Origin: Clostridia bacterium
GTDB lineage: Bacteria; Bacillota; Clostridia; Oscillospirales; CAG-272
Length of the DNA: 64,000 bases
Assembly (NCBI GenBank): GCA_017508425.1
Contig: JAFVYZ010000021.1
Location: forward strand, 68,749-132,748
Direction: 5' to 3'
Part shown: piece after piece, positions 1-9,006 of the stretch
How the letters are laid out: the number at the start of each line of letters is the position of its first letter
Numbering within the stretch: position 1 is the stretch's first letter
Translations under genes and position numbers: made by a program
The notes under the pieces: model-generated
What the model was told of the DNA's origin: nothing
Databases searched by the model: none
The model's input: only the letters and a program-made list of their open reading frames with translations

Positions 1-68
1 ATGTACCATCAAAACCTGGCAAAGCAGTCGGTTAATGCCGGCCATATCCCCTGTTTGTGCTCGTCTGA

Positions 69-800
69 TCATGCTTGCTCCCTCTTTTCGATCCGCACCA
101 TCGCCTCAAGGCAAACGGCATCGCCCTTCTTGGTGCGGAAATAATAAACGCCCTCGCCGCCCTCGGCACGCTCCACGGTGACAGTATCGCCATACGCCGC
201 CTCACGGAGATAGGCCAGCGACATGCCCACCACGCGGCAGGCCGTTGGATCGGGCAGAAAATCCGATACCATATCGGGGTATTTGGTGTTATTCATGTGC
301 ATGTTGTAATCAAGATCGGCAAAGGTGATGCGGCGCTCGCCCACCTGTTCAAACGCAAGACCGCGCGGCACGCGGAAGCGGATGGGAGTATCGGTTGCGA
401 TCTCGGGCTCGTCCCCAAAGGACAAGGGAAAATCGGCACACCCCACAAGCGATTTATCCCGAACGCGCACCAACGCCCAAAGCGAGTGACAGCGCGCCAC
501 CAATTCCTCGCCGCAGAAAACCTCAAAGCCACGGGGGAAGGTGTAACCGTGCCCCCGGCAGGTAAAGGTTTCCACGCGTATTTTTTCAAACGCTGCAAGG
601 GGGCGCAGAATATCAAAGGATATGCGGCTTAAAATAAAGCCCACGCCCTCCTCCTCGCGGATCGCATCCAGCGACCGGCCCGAGGCCACAAACTGCAAAT
701 TGCTGGTCTCCTGCATGAGCGCCAGGAGCGCCGAGGGGCGCATCTGGCGCCGCGCATCGGTATCGTGCCAGCGCACGGTATGGTTTTCGATATGTTTCAT
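69..800 (-). CDS. acyl-ACP thioesterase family protein
   Basis: 243-aa ORF. The N-terminus 'VRWHDTDARRQMRPSALLALMQE' and the length fit the acyl-ACP thioesterase family (recognised from memory). Confidence 0.7.
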   Translation of the reverse strand: MKHIENHTVRWHDTDARRQMRPSALLALMQETSNLQFVASGRSLDAIREEEGVGFILSRISFDILRPLAAFEKIRVETFTCRGHGYTFPRGFEVFCGEELVARCHSLWALVRVRDKSLVGCADFPLSFGDEPEIATDTPIRFRVPRGLAFEQVGERRITFADLDYNMHMNNTKYPDMVSDFLPDPTACRVVGMSLAYLREAAYGDTVTVERAEGGEGVYYFRTKKGDAVCLEAMVRIEKREQA

Positions 801-1043
801 TTTTCACCTTTTTAAAAAAGAGACCACATACGGCGTGCACAGTTCGCGGAAATTTAAAAATCAATTTGCCGTTCAAACAAAGTGCAAGTCGAAAGGGCCT
901 CTTTTGTATTCATATTTTTGCACTCAATCGGCAAAAAGAGCAAGCGATACAAGGCGCACCGGAGCACACGGGCGAAGGCATAGTGACCTATGTCGAGGTC
1001 GTGTGCGAGGAGCAACGCCGTAACGCGTAATTATTTTTGTCGA

Positions 1044-2003
1044 TTAGAGAGTATTCGAGGAGCCCAGCACATTCCTGATCTTGTGCTGTACCATTTTTTT
1101 GACCTCGGCGCGAGCAACCGAAAGATAACCGCGCGGATCAAATACCGAGGGCTCTGCCGCAAACACGCGGCGAATGCCTGCCGTCATAGCAAGGCGAATG
1201 TCGGAGTCAATGTTGATCTTACACACCGCCGAGCGCGCAGCCTGTCGCAGCTGCTCCTCGGGAATACCAACGGCATCGGGCAGCTGACCGCCCAGAGCGT
1301 TGATCTCCTTCACACACTCGGGCGCCACGGACGATGCGCCGTGAAGCACGATCGGGAACCCGGGCAGGCGCTCCTCGATCTCGGCGAGAATATCAAAGCG
1401 AAGGGGGGGCGGCACGAGAACGCCGTCGGCATTGCGCGTGCACTGCTTTGCGGTAAATTTATAAGCACCGTGAGAGGTACCGATCGAGATCGCCAGAGAA
1501 TCCACACCCGTGCGCGATACGAACTCCTCAACCTCCTCGGGACGGGTATAGGAGGAATGCTCTGCCACAACGTCATCCTCAACGCCGGCAAGAACGCCCA
1601 GCTCACCCTCAACGACCACGCCGTGGGCGTGGGCGTACTCTACCACCTTCTTGGTCAGAGCAATGTTGTCCTCAAAGCTGTGGTGCGAGCCGTCGATCAT
1701 CACGGAGGTAAAGCCGCCGTCAATGCAGGATTTGCAAATTTCAAAATCCGCACCGTGGTCAAGGTGCAGGGCGAGATCCACGCCGCTGTCCTCGATCGCC
1801 GCTTTCGCGAGAGCGAGCAGGTATGCGTGCTTGGCGTACTTACGTGCGCCGGCAGACACCTGCAAAATAACGGGCGATTTCTCCTCGGCAGCGGCCTCGG
1901 TGATCGCCTGGATGATTTCCATGTTGTTGATGTTAAATGCACCGATGGCGTATTTGCCCTCGTATGCTTTTTTAAACATCTCTTTGGTTGTAACAAGAGC
2001 CAT
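1044..2003 (-). CDS. fba: class II fructose-1,6-bisphosphate aldolase
   Basis: 319-aa ORF with 'GKYAIGAFNINNMEIIQAI', 'LHLDHG' and 'SIGTSHGAYKF', typical of class II FBA. Confidence 0.9.
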   Translation of the reverse strand: MALVTTKEMFKKAYEGKYAIGAFNINNMEIIQAITEAAAEEKSPVILQVSAGARKYAKHAYLLALAKAAIEDSGVDLALHLDHGADFEICKSCIDGGFTSVMIDGSHHSFEDNIALTKKVVEYAHAHGVVVEGELGVLAGVEDDVVAEHSSYTRPEEVEEFVSRTGVDSLAISIGTSHGAYKFTAKQCTRNADGVLVPPPLRFDILAEIEERLPGFPIVLHGASSVAPECVKEINALGGQLPDAVGIPEEQLRQAARSAVCKINIDSDIRLAMTAGIRRVFAAEPSVFDPRGYLSVARAEVKKMVQHKIRNVLGSSNTL

Positions 2004-2116
2004 GTTGTTTCTCCTTTGCAGTACAAATATTTCTACCCTACATTGTACTGTTTTTTGAGCAAAAAATCAAGTAAATTTCTCAAAATTTTAAATTTATGCC
2101 ACAAAGGACTCTCCGA

Positions 2117-2614
2117 TCACCCCATAACACCGTGGGGAGCCGCAGGCTCACCCACGTTCGGAGTCGAGCCTGTCGCTTGCGGGACCGCATCAGTGGCAGC
2201 CACCGCCACCTGCGGCAGGGCTCCGCTTTCGGTCGTGCCCGTATGCTGGGGCAGGCGTGCGCCGTGGGGGAGCAGCCCCAGGCTCACCGCGATCGCCGTG
2301 TCGATCTCGCTCATAATATCCTCGTCAAGACGCCCCATTTTTTCACGCAATCGGCGTTTATCCAGCGTACGTACCTGCTCGAGCAACACCACGGAGTCCC
2401 GCGCGAGTCCCGCACGCTCGGCATACACGTCGATATGTGTGGGGAGCTTGGTCTTGCCCATGCGCGAGGTGATGGCCGCCGCGATCACGGTGGGGCTGTA
2501 TTTGTTCCCTACGTCGTTTTGTATGATCAAAACAGGGCGCACTCCCCCTTGCTCCGATCCCACCACAGGGCTGAGATCGGCATAATAGATCTCTCCGCGT
2601 TTCACACTTAACAT
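2117..2614 (-). CDS. mazF: MazF/EndoA (PemK) family endoribonuclease toxin with ~50-aa C-terminal extension
   Basis: '[34 protein letters not shown]...KLPTH' closely resembles B. subtilis EndoA. Start set at ATG 2614, which has a GGAGGAA RBS 7 nt upstream. The tail after 'SLGLL' is A/P/G/T-rich. Confidence 0.85.
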   Translation of the reverse strand: MLSVKRGEIYYADLSPVVGSEQGGVRPVLIIQNDVGNKYSPTVIAAAITSRMGKTKLPTHIDVYAERAGLARDSVVLLEQVRTLDKRRLREKMGRLDEDIMSEIDTAIAVSLGLLPHGARLPQHTGTTESGALPQVAVAATDAVPQATGSTPNVGEPAAPHGVMG

Positions 2615-2870
2615 TCCACATTCCTCCCACAAAAGACCGTTGTTGGTATTATTTTTCCCTCAAACAGCGGCTTTAATCATAAGAATTGGCCACTCTTTCT
2701 CTACATTGTATGCAAGATTTGTCGAAAAAGGGCACGGATACGGGGCGCCTAATATCCACGATCTTTTGTGAAATAGTTTTGCACGGATTCTTGTATTTTA
2801 CACGGTATTATGTTATAATAAATTGATTGTGCCAAACGGCACGGCCAAGTCTTGAAGCAAGGAGGTCGGT

Positions 2871-3965
2871 ATGAAAAACGCCGCTGCTGAACAACGAAAG
2901 AATACCGCGCCTCTGATTTCCCTCGAGGAGGCCAAGCGTCGCCGTCTCTTGAGCGAAAAGGACCTGTGCCGCATGGGCTTAATGCCGCTCGGCACCCCCG
3001 TTGCGTGCATCAAGCGGGAGGATGGGACGCGGACCCCCTATTTTGACCCCGCCAAGGTCAAGGAGGCTCCGAGAGATTACCGCTATCCCAAGGCCGCACC
3101 GCAAAAAAAGGAGCCGGTCCTGCCGCTCCCCACGGGTGAGCCGCGCCGCGTCAGCGCAAAAAGCGCGCCCGCCAAGGGGCTCTTTTCGGCCGAGGTGTTA
3201 AAGCAAATGTACTATGAGCCGACGGGTGAGCCCGTGGCCTATTACATCAAAAAAAGCGGTGAGCGTGTGATGCTTTACGACCGCGCCACCTGCCGACGGC
3301 TTCCCCTGCCCTGTGCCAAGTGCGGGGGCGGTGTGCGGTTTCGCCAAAAGCTTTGCCGGGACTGTTACCGCGAGGAGCTGGCACAAAAGCGCCAAGCAGG
3401 TGATGCCAAGCGCCTGGCCCACTACGGAAAAAGCCGCGATCGCGTGCTGTTCTTTGATCTTGAAATGACCGGTGTGTACGACCACGACGAGGTCCTGTCG
3501 GTGTCGATCGTCAACGGCCGAGGCGAAGAGGTGTTCCACACCCTCACGCGCCCCGAACGCAAAAAGCGATGGAAGCGCACCGAGAAAATACACGGCATCA
3601 CCCCCGATATGGTTAAGGACGCGCCGACCTTTGCCGAGATCTCGCCCACGCTGGCCGAGATCCTGAACGGTGCCGAACAGCTGGTGGCCTTTGGCACCTC
3701 GACCGACTATTCGCACCTGCGACGCGTTTACAAAACGCGCGAGGGGCAAAAGCTCCTGCGTCAAAAAATGCTCGACCTCTCGGCCGAGTTTTCACATTAC
3801 GTATTTGAGCACGAGCTGGAGCTCTCGCATTTGTCCCTTTCGGACGCCATGGCACATTTTTCGTTGGAGTGGAGGGGGACGGCTCACTCCTCGCTGGCCG
3901 ACACCGACGCCTGCCGCCGCGTGTTTGAACAGCTCTTCCCCCATTATTTTGAAAGTGAGGCATAA
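2871..3965 (+). CDS. DEDDh 3'-5' exonuclease (DnaQ-like) fused to an N-terminal repeat + zinc-ribbon region
   Basis: GGAGG RBS 5 nt upstream. The C-terminal part has 'FFDLEMTG', 'IHGI' and 'HSSLADTD' (ExoI/II/III-like motifs). 'CAKC-x10-CRDC' precedes it. Confidence 0.7.
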   Translation: MKNAAAEQRKNTAPLISLEEAKRRRLLSEKDLCRMGLMPLGTPVACIKREDGTRTPYFDPAKVKEAPRDYRYPKAAPQKKEPVLPLPTGEPRRVSAKSAPAKGLFSAEVLKQMYYEPTGEPVAYYIKKSGERVMLYDRATCRRLPLPCAKCGGGVRFRQKLCRDCYREELAQKRQAGDAKRLAHYGKSRDRVLFFDLEMTGVYDHDEVLSVSIVNGRGEEVFHTLTRPERKKRWKRTEKIHGITPDMVKDAPTFAEISPTLAEILNGAEQLVAFGTSTDYSHLRRVYKTREGQKLLRQKMLDLSAEFSHYVFEHELELSHLSLSDAMAHFSLEWRGTAHSSLADTDACRRVFEQLFPHYFESEA

Positions 3966-3967
3966 CA

Positions 3968-4255
3968 ATGGATCGCTTTTTTGGCCTTGACAAGCCGGCC
4001 TTAAACGAGCGAGGTCTCTCGCTCCTTTGCACGCTTTATGACGACGTGTCCCTTTGTATGACCGAGGAGGTGCTCCGCGAGGCGGACATCCCCTATTTGA
4101 AAAAGGATCGCGGCGGCGGCAGTGCCATTCGACTCATTATGGGCAGCAACCCTCACGGCACCGATATTTACGTGCCCGAGGACCTGCTTGACACCGCAAA
4201 GGCCCTTTTTGAGGTTCCCGAAGCGGAAGAACAAAACGAGGAGTATGCCGAATAA
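3968..4255 (+). CDS. small conserved hypothetical protein (DUF2007-like, tentative)
   Basis: 95-aa ORF tightly packed between the exonuclease gene and thiI. The coding-like composition is clear, but the family call is weak. Confidence 0.4.
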   Translation: MDRFFGLDKPALNERGLSLLCTLYDDVSLCMTEEVLREADIPYLKKDRGGGSAIRLIMGSNPHGTDIYVPEDLLDTAKALFEVPEAEEQNEEYAE

Positions 4256-4267
4256 CGGCGAACGCTT

Positions 4268-5446
4268 ATGAAAGAAATTTTACTTTGCAAATACGGTGAG
4301 ATCGTCCTCAAGGGTGCCAACCGACGTTTTTTTGAGGATACGCTCGCAAAAGAGCTCCGCTTTCGCGCCGCCGCCTTCGGCAGCTTCAACGTAAGATACG
4401 CGCAAAGCACCGTTTTTATTGAGCCCAAGGATGAATATTGCGACCTTGACGGAATGTTTGAGGCGGCAAGACGCCTGTTCGGCATCGCGGGCGTGGTACG
4501 CGCCGCCGTGGCCGAAAAAAATATGGAAAGCATCCTTGCAACCGCCAAAAGCTACCTGCCGCAATTCCTTGAGGGCAAAAAGACCTTTAAGGTTGAGGGC
4601 AAGCGCTCGGACAAGGCCTTTCCCCTTTCCTCCCCCGAGATCTCGCGCGAAACGGGCGGCGCGGTCCTTTCCGCGTGCCCTTGGCTCCGCGTGGACGTCC
4701 ACAATCCCGACGTCACGGTGCGTGTGGAGGTGCGCGATACCGCCGCCTACGTGCACGCCGGACAATTTAAGGGCGCGGGCGGCCTGCCCGTCGGTGCCGG
4801 CGGCAAGGGACTTTTGCTCCTGTCGGGCGGCATTGACTCCCCCGTGGCCGGCTGGATGATGGCCAAGCGCGGCGTCAAGCTTGAGGCCCTTTACTTTGAA
4901 TCGATGCCCTACACCAGCGAGCAAGCACGCGAAAAAGTACTCACGCTCGCCTCTCTTGTGGCCCGTTGGTCGGGCAGTATGCAGGTCAACGTAATTTCGC
5001 TCACACACATTCAAGAGGAGCTGGTCAAGCACTGCGATGAAGAATATTTCACCCTGCTCCTTCGCCGCTTTATGATGCGCCTGGCCAATAAGACCGCCGC
5101 CCTGCGCGGCTGTGAGGCCCTGATTACAGGCGAGAGCCTCGGGCAGGTGGCCTCACAAACCATGCAGGCCCTGAACGTCACGGGGGCTTTGGCCGAAACG
5201 GTGGTGTTCCGCCCCTGCATTGGTATGGACAAGGAGGAGATCGTGCAGATCGCACGCATGATCGACACCTTTGAGACCTCCATTTTGCCCTTTGAGGACT
5301 GCTGCACGGTCTTCACCCCAAGGCACCCCAAAACGCGCCCCGTTCTTTCCAAGGTGGAGGAGCAGGAGCAAAGGCTTAACGTGGACGAGCTGGTTGAAGA
5401 GGCCTTCTCGACCCTTGAGAGCTTCTATATACGCGCCAAATTTTAA
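4268..5446 (+). CDS. thiI: tRNA 4-thiouridine(8) synthase ThiI
   Basis: 392 aa. The N-terminus 'LLCKYGEIVLKGANRRFFE' and the PP-loop 'LLLLSGGIDSPVAG' are typical of ThiI. Confidence 0.9.
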   Translation: MKEILLCKYGEIVLKGANRRFFEDTLAKELRFRAAAFGSFNVRYAQSTVFIEPKDEYCDLDGMFEAARRLFGIAGVVRAAVAEKNMESILATAKSYLPQFLEGKKTFKVEGKRSDKAFPLSSPEISRETGGAVLSACPWLRVDVHNPDVTVRVEVRDTAAYVHAGQFKGAGGLPVGAGGKGLLLLSGGIDSPVAGWMMAKRGVKLEALYFESMPYTSEQAREKVLTLASLVARWSGSMQVNVISLTHIQEELVKHCDEEYFTLLLRRFMMRLANKTAALRGCEALITGESLGQVASQTMQALNVTGALAETVVFRPCIGMDKEEIVQIARMIDTFETSILPFEDCCTVFTPRHPKTRPVLSKVEEQEQRLNVDELVEEAFSTLESFYIRAKF

Positions 5447-5461
5447 AAAGGAAGTGGTATT

Positions 5462-6646
5462 ATGACCAAAATCGATATTTTTTCGGGCTTTCTCGGAGCC
5501 GGCAAAACGACCCTGATCAAAAAGCTGATCACCGAGGCCTACCGCGGCGAAAAGCTGGTTCTCATCGAAAATGAGTTTGGTGAGATCGGCATTGACGGCG
5601 GATTTCTCGCCGACGCGGGGATCGTGGTCAACGAAATGAACTCGGGCTGCATTTGCTGCAGCCTTGTGGGTGACTTTGGCCAGGCCCTCCAAAAGGTGCT
5701 TGCCGAGTACAACCCCGACCGTATTCTCATCGAGCCCTCGGGCGTCGGCAAGCTCTCCGACGTGGTAAAGGCCGTGCGCGGCATTCACGCCGACCTTGAA
5801 ATTTCGGGTCTTGTGACGGTGGCGGATGCCAAAAAATGCCGCATGTATCTCAAAAATTTCGGCGAATTCTTCGGCGACCAGATCGAGCACGCCGGTACCG
5901 TCGTTTTAAGCCACGTCAAGGGTCTTTCTCACGAGCAGGTTGAAAAAACCGTTGAAGCACTGCGCGCCCTGAACGAAAAAGCCGTGATCGTGACCACCGA
6001 TTGGGATCTGCTCACGGGCGAGCAGCTGCTTTTTGCCATTTCGGGAAAGGATACGCTGGATGCCGCCCTGTCGGACCTCAAGCACGGGCATCACCACCAT
6101 CATCACCACGATGAAGAATGCCATTGCCACGAGCATCATCACCACGATGAAGAATGCCATTGCCACGAGCATCATCACCACGATGAAGAGTGCCATTGCC
6201 ACGAGCACCATCACCACGATGAAGAATGCCATTGCCATGAGCACCATCACCACGATGAAGAATGCCATTGCCATGAGCATCACCATCACGATGAGGAGTG
6301 CCACTGCCACGAGCATCACAATCACGATGAGGAGTGCCACTACCACGGTCACCACCACGCCGACGAGGTCTTTGTCAGCTGCGGTGCCGAGACCACCAAG
6401 CAATTCGGCAAGGAGGACCTCGCCCACGCTCTTGCGGCCCTGGAGGATACCGAAAAATTCGGTACCGTTTTGCGCGCAAAGGGCATTGTAGCCGGCGAGG
6501 GCACCTCGTGGCTCCACTTTGATTACGTGCCGGGCGAGCCCGACGTGCGCGAGGGATCGCCCTCGATCATCGGTCGCCTCTGTGTCATCGGTGCCGACCT
6601 CAACGTCCCCGCCCTCTCGGCTCTGCTCGGGGTCGAGCTCAAATGA
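5462..6646 (+). CDS. COG0523 (CobW/YjiA/ZigA-type) metallochaperone GTPase with His/Cys-rich repeat insert
   Basis: Walker A 'GFLGAGKTT' and the CxCC motif 'GCICCS' are present. The CobW_C-like end is 'GTVLRAKGIV...WLHFDYVPG'. The insert is (HHHHDEECHCHE)x7. Confidence 0.85.
   Translation: MTKIDIFSGFLGAGKTTLIKKLITEAYRGEKLVLIENEFGEIGIDGGFLADAGIVVNEMNSGCICCSLVGDFGQALQKVLAEYNPDRILIEPSGVGKLSDVVKAVRGIHADLEISGLVTVADAKKCRMYLKNFGEFFGDQIEHAGTVVLSHVKGLSHEQVEKTVEALRALNEKAVIVTTDWDLLTGEQLLFAISGKDTLDAALSDLKHGHHHHHHHDEECHCHEHHHHDEECHCHEHHHHDEECHCHEHHHHDEECHCHEHHHHDEECHCHEHHHHDEECHCHEHHNHDEECHYHGHHHADEVFVSCGAETTKQFGKEDLAHALAALEDTEKFGTVLRAKGIVAGEGTSWLHFDYVPGEPDVREGSPSIIGRLCVIGADLNVPALSALLGVELK
6098..6349 (+). 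repeat. 7 tandem 36-bp in-frame repeats encoding HHHHDEECHCHE
   Basis: Unit boundaries read directly from the sequence at 6098, 6134, 6170, 6206, 6242, 6278 and 6314. The last unit is degenerate (HHNHDEECHYHG). Confidence 0.95.
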
Positions 6647-6654
6647 GGTGAATT

Positions 6655-7599
6655 ATGGCAAAAAACATTCCCGTTTATTTGTTTACCGGCTTTCTTGAAT
6701 CGGGCAAAACCCGGATGATCCAGGAGGCCCTGGAGGATGAAAACTTCAACAAGGGGGAAAAGATCCTTTTGCTCGTTTGCGAGGAAGGGCTTGAGGAATA
6801 CGACCCCACACGCTTTGCCGCCCCGAACGTCACGCAAGCGGTGGTGGAGCGCGAGGCCGATCTTACGCCCCAATTTCTCGACCGCCTGATCAAGGCCGAG
6901 GGCGCCGACCGCCTGATGGTCGAATACAACGGTATGTGGCAGCTCGACACCCTTTACGCCGCGCTCCCGCGCGGATGCTATATCTTCCAGCAGCTGCTCT
7001 TTGTGGATGCCACCACGGCTCTGGCCTACAACGCCAATATGCGCTCTTTGATGGTCGATAAATTAAACGATGCCGAACTGGTCATCTTCAACCGTGCCGA
7101 CGGCACCGACAAAATGGCCCTTCATAAGCTCGTACGCGGCATCAGCCGCCGTGCACGCATCGGCTACGAGGGCGAGAGCGGCGAACTTGAATACGATGAG
7201 ATCGAGGATCCCCTGCCCTTTGACAAAAACGCCCCCGTTATTGCCATTGCCGACGGGGATTATGCCCTCTTTTACCGTGACATTGCCGAGGATATGCAAA
7301 CGTACGACGGCAAAACCGTAAAATTCAAGGGTATGGTCGCACGCGACCGTGCGCTGGGTCGAAAAGCGCTTGTCATCGGCCGCCACGTCATGACCTGCTG
7401 TGAGGATGACATTGCCTACCAGGGCATGGTGTGCCAGTTCGACCGAGACATCGGCCTTGATACCGGAGAATGGGCGGAGGTGACCGCCAAGGTGAGCATC
7501 GAGCCCCACAAGCTCTATGGCAGCGAGGGGCCCGTCCTTTACGCCACCGATATCGCCCTCTCGAGCGAGCCCAAGCAACCCCTGGCGACCTTTTATTAA
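6655..7599 (+). CDS. COG0523-like GTPase domain (no CxCC) fused to a DUF1980/TIGR03943-like C-terminal domain
   Basis: Degenerate Walker A 'GFLESGKT'. 'VEYNGMW' sits where CxCC would be. The C-terminal 'GRHVMTCCEDDIAYQG' resembles the DUF1980 C-terminal CC-x2-D motif (from memory). Confidence 0.6.
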   Translation: MAKNIPVYLFTGFLESGKTRMIQEALEDENFNKGEKILLLVCEEGLEEYDPTRFAAPNVTQAVVEREADLTPQFLDRLIKAEGADRLMVEYNGMWQLDTLYAALPRGCYIFQQLLFVDATTALAYNANMRSLMVDKLNDAELVIFNRADGTDKMALHKLVRGISRRARIGYEGESGELEYDEIEDPLPFDKNAPVIAIADGDYALFYRDIAEDMQTYDGKTVKFKGMVARDRALGRKALVIGRHVMTCCEDDIAYQGMVCQFDRDIGLDTGEWAEVTAKVSIEPHKLYGSEGPVLYATDIALSSEPKQPLATFY

Positions 7600-7712
7600 A
7601 TAAAAAGCGCGCTCCCAAAAAGCGTGATGTCCTTAACGGAGAATTTACAGGCACAAAAATTTCGGCAGGGAAATTGTTCTCCCTGCCGATTTGTGTTATA
7701 ATGGGGTGGGTG

Positions 7713-8252
7713 ATGAAAATGGATAACAAAAAGAATTTGCCGAAAAGAAAAGATATACGGCTCAAGAATTATGATTACAGTTCCCCCGGTGCATATTTTG
7801 TAACCATCTGTACGGACAACAGAAAGAATTACTTTTGAAACGGATCAGTTGATCCGCAGACATTCAAATGGTGTGCCGTAGGGGCGAACTGTGTTCGCCC
7901 GCAAAATCTGCCGTTATCCAATATAGGTAAGCTCGTGTTAGACGAACTGGAACGTTGGAATCAAACATATCCTGCGGTATCGTTGTATTCCTATGTAATT
8001 ATGCCGAACCACCTACACATAATGGTTGTTATTTCTGCCGACGAATACGGGCGACCACAGGTCGCCCCTACGGTGGAACGAATGATAAAGCAATTCAAAG
8101 GAGCGGTTACAAAAAAGGTTGCTAAAACCATTTGGCAGAAATCATTTATTGAACACGTGATACGAAATAAAGAGGATTACGAAACCCGATCAAATTACAT
8201 TTACGAAAATCCGCTACGATGGTACTACGATGAATTATACGCAGAAGAATAA
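7713..8252 (+). pseudogene. Y1 (IS200/RAYT-like, PF01797-type) transposase gene interrupted by one in-frame TGA at 7836-7838
   Basis: The ORFs ending at 7838 and starting at 7935 are in the same frame. Translation across the gap is continuous: '...ICTDNRKNYF*NGSVDPQTFKWCAVGANCVRPQNLPLSNIGKLVLDELERW...VIMPNHLHIMVVI'. The HUH motif ('HLH') is present. Confidence 0.7.
7878..7902 (+). repeat. REP-like hairpin GTAGGGGCG-N-CGCCCGC (inside the RAYT-like reading frame)
   Basis: 'gtaggggcgaactgtgttcgcccgc'. The stem is gggcgaac/gttcgccc. Confidence 0.7.
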
Positions 8253-8337
8253 GGGGTATGGGCTTTGCCCGATTCCTTTGTAATACAAAGGCGAATCTTG
8301 CGCGATAAAAGAGAAAGATAAATAAGAATTTGTAGGT

Positions 8338-8856
8338 GTGATAATGATTGTTTTAATTACAGGAGCATCGCATACAGGCAAAACGATGCTGGCTCAAAAA
8401 TTGCTTGAAAAATATAAATATCCGTATCTGTCGATAGACCATCTGAAAATGGGTTTGATTCGTAGCGGGAACGCGGAACTTACCCCTATGGACGATGCAA
8501 AATTAACCGAATACTTGTGGCCGATTGTTCGTGAAATGATAAAAACTGCTATTGAAAATAAGCAGAACTTGATCATTGAAGGGTGCTATATTCCATTCGA
8601 TTGGCGGATAGGGTTTGATAAAGAATATCTTGAAAATATAAAGTATTATTGCCTTGTTATGAGCGAAGGATATATCCGAAACCATTTTACTGATATAAAG
8701 AAATATGCCAATGTTATCGAGAATCGTTTAGATGATGAAGGGTGTACAATGGATAGTGTATTGGCAGATAATGCAAAAATACATGACCTCGCTTTAAGGT
8801 ATAAAGTGAATTACATACTTATTGAAGATAAGTACGAAATCAATGTTGATTTATAA
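8338..8856 (+). CDS. P-loop NTPase/kinase-like protein (AAA_33 / 2-phosphoglycerate-kinase-like)
   Basis: 172-aa AT-rich ORF with Walker A 'GASHTGKT'. The true start may be ATG 8344. It has its own terminator downstream. Confidence 0.6.
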   Translation: MIMIVLITGASHTGKTMLAQKLLEKYKYPYLSIDHLKMGLIRSGNAELTPMDDAKLTEYLWPIVREMIKTAIENKQNLIIEGCYIPFDWRIGFDKEYLENIKYYCLVMSEGYIRNHFTDIKKYANVIENRLDDEGCTMDSVLADNAKIHDLALRYKVNYILIEDKYEINVDL

Positions 8857-8887
8857 CTTCAAATTCCAATTTGTCGAACAGAATAAA

Positions 8888-8935
8888 TTAACCCCGACAG
8901 ACCTTAAAAATCTGTCGGGGTTAATCTTTGTTTTC
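8888..8935 (+). terminator. rho-independent terminator
   Basis: Stem 'ttaaccccgacaga/tctgtcggggttaa' followed by 'tctttgtttt'. Confidence 0.8.
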
Positions 8936-8958
8936 TGTGTATAAAATTTTGCTTATCC

Positions 8959-9006
8959 GTAGGGGCGTTCTGTGAACGCCCGCGGGCGAACGCAGTTCTC
9001 CCCCAC
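8959..9006. repeat. inverted pair of REP-like elements (REPIN-like doublet)
   Basis: 'gtaggggcgttctgtgaacgcccgc' is followed directly by 'gggcgaacgcagttctcccccac'. The reverse complement of the second part resembles the 7878 element. Confidence 0.6.

Larger units (their letters stand above)
7660..8300 (+). mobile_element. possible decayed IS200/RAYT-like unit (hairpin - Y1 transposase pseudogene - hairpins)
   Basis: A 9-bp-stem hairpin (7663-7688) overlaps the putative promoter. Two short hairpins at 8263-8300 follow the gene. The region is visibly AT-richer than its flanks. I saw no direct repeats. Confidence 0.35.

Noticed and set aside
990-2585. 531-aa plus-strand ORF, plus similar long antisense ORFs at 9017-10615, 12081-13043, 20871-21986, 22056-23594, 28160-29533, 39685-40980, 54099-56240, 56559-57785 and 59076-60374
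   Set aside because: Each lies opposite a gene with unmistakable family motifs (fba/mazF, putP, DUF1846, P-type ATPase, MocR/MBL, DUF711, gyrA, gyrB, dnaN). Their translations are Arg/Gly/His-rich and low in complexity. These are typical shadow ORFs of high-GC DNA.
2813-3013. 66-aa minus-strand ORF as a possible MazE-type antitoxin
   Set aside because: It lies ~200 bp upstream of mazF, antisense to the start of the exonuclease gene. It is Arg-rich, has no RBS, and shows no resemblance to AbrB/RHH antitoxins.
6098-6349. 36-bp tandem repeat as a possible CRISPR or minisatellite outside genes
   Set aside because: It is in frame within a COG0523 gene and encodes a His/Cys/acidic metal-binding linker. 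There are no spacers.
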